From NCBI GenBank assembly GCA_009914755.4, contig CP068257.2:43296001-43360000 (forward strand): a stretch of DNA of 64,000 bases, written 5' to 3'. A model generated the notes under the pieces. The model had not been told where the DNA came from. It did no database searches and saw only the letters and a program-made list of their open reading frames with translations. Source of the stretch: the human T2T-CHM13v2.0 reference genome, Homo sapiens. Shown one piece after another: positions 63,124-64,000 of the stretch (its first letter is position 1; each line of letters opens with the position of its first letter). The position numbers were made by a program, and so were the translations under genes.

Positions 63124-63470
63124 TGGGAGGAAGATGGGGTGGGTGCCATGGGAGGAAGATGGGATGGGTGCCATGGAAGATGGGGTATCCTGGGAGGATA
63201 GTGGGTGCCCCTGGAGGAAGGCGGGTGCCCCCAGAGGAAGGTGGGTGCCCCAGGAGGAAAGTAGGTGCCTGGGAAGAAGGTGGGTGCCCTGAGAGGAAGG
63301 CACCTGGGTATCCCTGGAGGAAAGCGGGTCCCCGTGGAGGAAGGTGGGCACGCTGGGGAGGAAGGTGGGTACCCCGGGGAGGAAGGTGGGTACCCCGGGA
63401 ACTGTGGTGCTCCGGGAGGAGGGTGAGTGCCCCGGGAACTGTGGTGCTCCGGGAGGAGGGTGGGTGCCAA
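63124..63470. repeat. Purine-rich minisatellite, ~18-bp unit x~17 (ggaggaaggtgggtgccc, with longer 33-bp terminal variants gggaactgtggtgctccgggaggagggtgRgtgcc)
   Basis: gggaggaagatggggtgggtgccatgggaggaagatgggatgggtgccatggaagatggggtatcctgggaggatagtgggtgcccctggaggaaggcgggtgcccccagaggaaggtgggtgccccaggaggaaagtaggtgcctgggaagaaggtgggtgccctgagaggaagg.... Confidence 0.9.
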
Positions 63471-64000
63471 GGGTCAGAGTTGCTCAGAGCTGTGATTTGC
63501 TCAGCCCTGAGCAGCTGGGAACGGGGGTGCTCGGCCCAATGCCAGCTCTGTTCCTGCCCTCTGAGATGGGGCCCTGAGTCCTGTTTCTGCTGCTGGGCTG
63601 AGCAGGGTGGCAGGGCGGGGGCCAGGCTGAGGCCTCAAGGCCACCTCCACAGCAGGCGGGAGGGAGCCACTGTCCTGATGCCCCTGCAGCTCTGGGAGCT
63701 GGGCCCCGGGCTGCTTCCTCCTCCCCCGGCGATGGGGGTCGCTCACACGAGCCCTGCAGGGGAACAGCCGACGGGGCCGAGTGGCAGCAGCTGTGTGTGG
63801 GCCCCTGCATCTCCCTCAGTGGTGGGCTCGGTCTGAGGCAGCACACACAGCTGTGCGGGGCAGGCCCTGGGCCCATCTCACGGCCAGGAGGAGGAGCACA
63901 GGCTGAAGTTGCCCCCTGGGAGGTGGCACCGGACTGCAGCCTCCACAGTGGCCAGGGGTGCCGGGGGAGGCCCGGGCCTGTGGCAGACGATGCCACGTGG

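Noticed and set aside
41700-64000. Expectation that lncRNA genes (for example LINC00163/LINC00162-type transcripts) might lie downstream of SLX9
   Set aside because: I cannot define exons, splice sites or promoters for any such transcript from sequence alone. Reporting them would rest on remembered map order only.

Overview
This window is human (primate) nuclear DNA. It carries primate-specific Alu SINEs on both strands (12 copies or fragments), an old LINE-1 fragment, CpG-island architecture and GT-AG introns. There is no prokaryotic or phage-type system here. I found no CRISPR, operons, tRNA or rRNA.

The one protein-coding gene I can reconstruct end to end is a six-exon plus-strand gene, with ATG at 4806 and TGA at 41519. 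The spliced exons give a 230-aa protein: MGKVRGLRARVHQAAVRPKGEAAPGPAPPAPEATPPPASAAGK / DWAFINTNIFARTKIDPSALVQKLELDVRSVTSVRRGEAGSSARSVPSIRRG / AEAKTVLPKKEKMKLRREQWLQ / KIEAIKLAEQKHREERRRRATVVVGDLHPLRDALPELLGLEAGSRRQAR / SRESNKPRPSELSRMSAAQRQQLL / EEERTRFQELLASPAYRASPLVAIGQTLARQMQLEDGGQL. From memory I recognise it as SLX9 (alias FAM207A / C21orf70) on chr21q22.3. That identification is recalled, not searched.

The gene has a TATA-less CpG-island promoter with three CTTCCGG (ETS-type) motifs. An AATAAA sits about 120 bp after the stop. Exon 2 ends in a 45-bp tandem duplication that creates two in-frame GTGAGG donors, giving a +/-15 aa isoform pair.

The rest of the window is dominated by repeats. 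There are at least 20 distinct GC-rich minisatellites or tandem duplications with units of 11 to about 69 bp. These include a ~1.29-kb array of a 57-bp unit, a ~445-bp (GTGGGGCGSGT)n array, a ~1.2-kb degenerate (CCCCACACA)n tract and a (CCCCACCTGCCCCAT)n tract. There is also a nearly identical 312-bp local duplication ~1 kb apart, a poly-T/poly-A-capped inverted repeat, and an unexplained CpG-retaining ORF-dense patch inside intron 2. The 22 kb downstream of the gene is a VNTR and G-quadruplex hotspot typical of distal 21q. In my view the repeat biology is the most interesting content.

All long ORFs in the six-frame track outside the six exons are repeat or GC-content artefacts.
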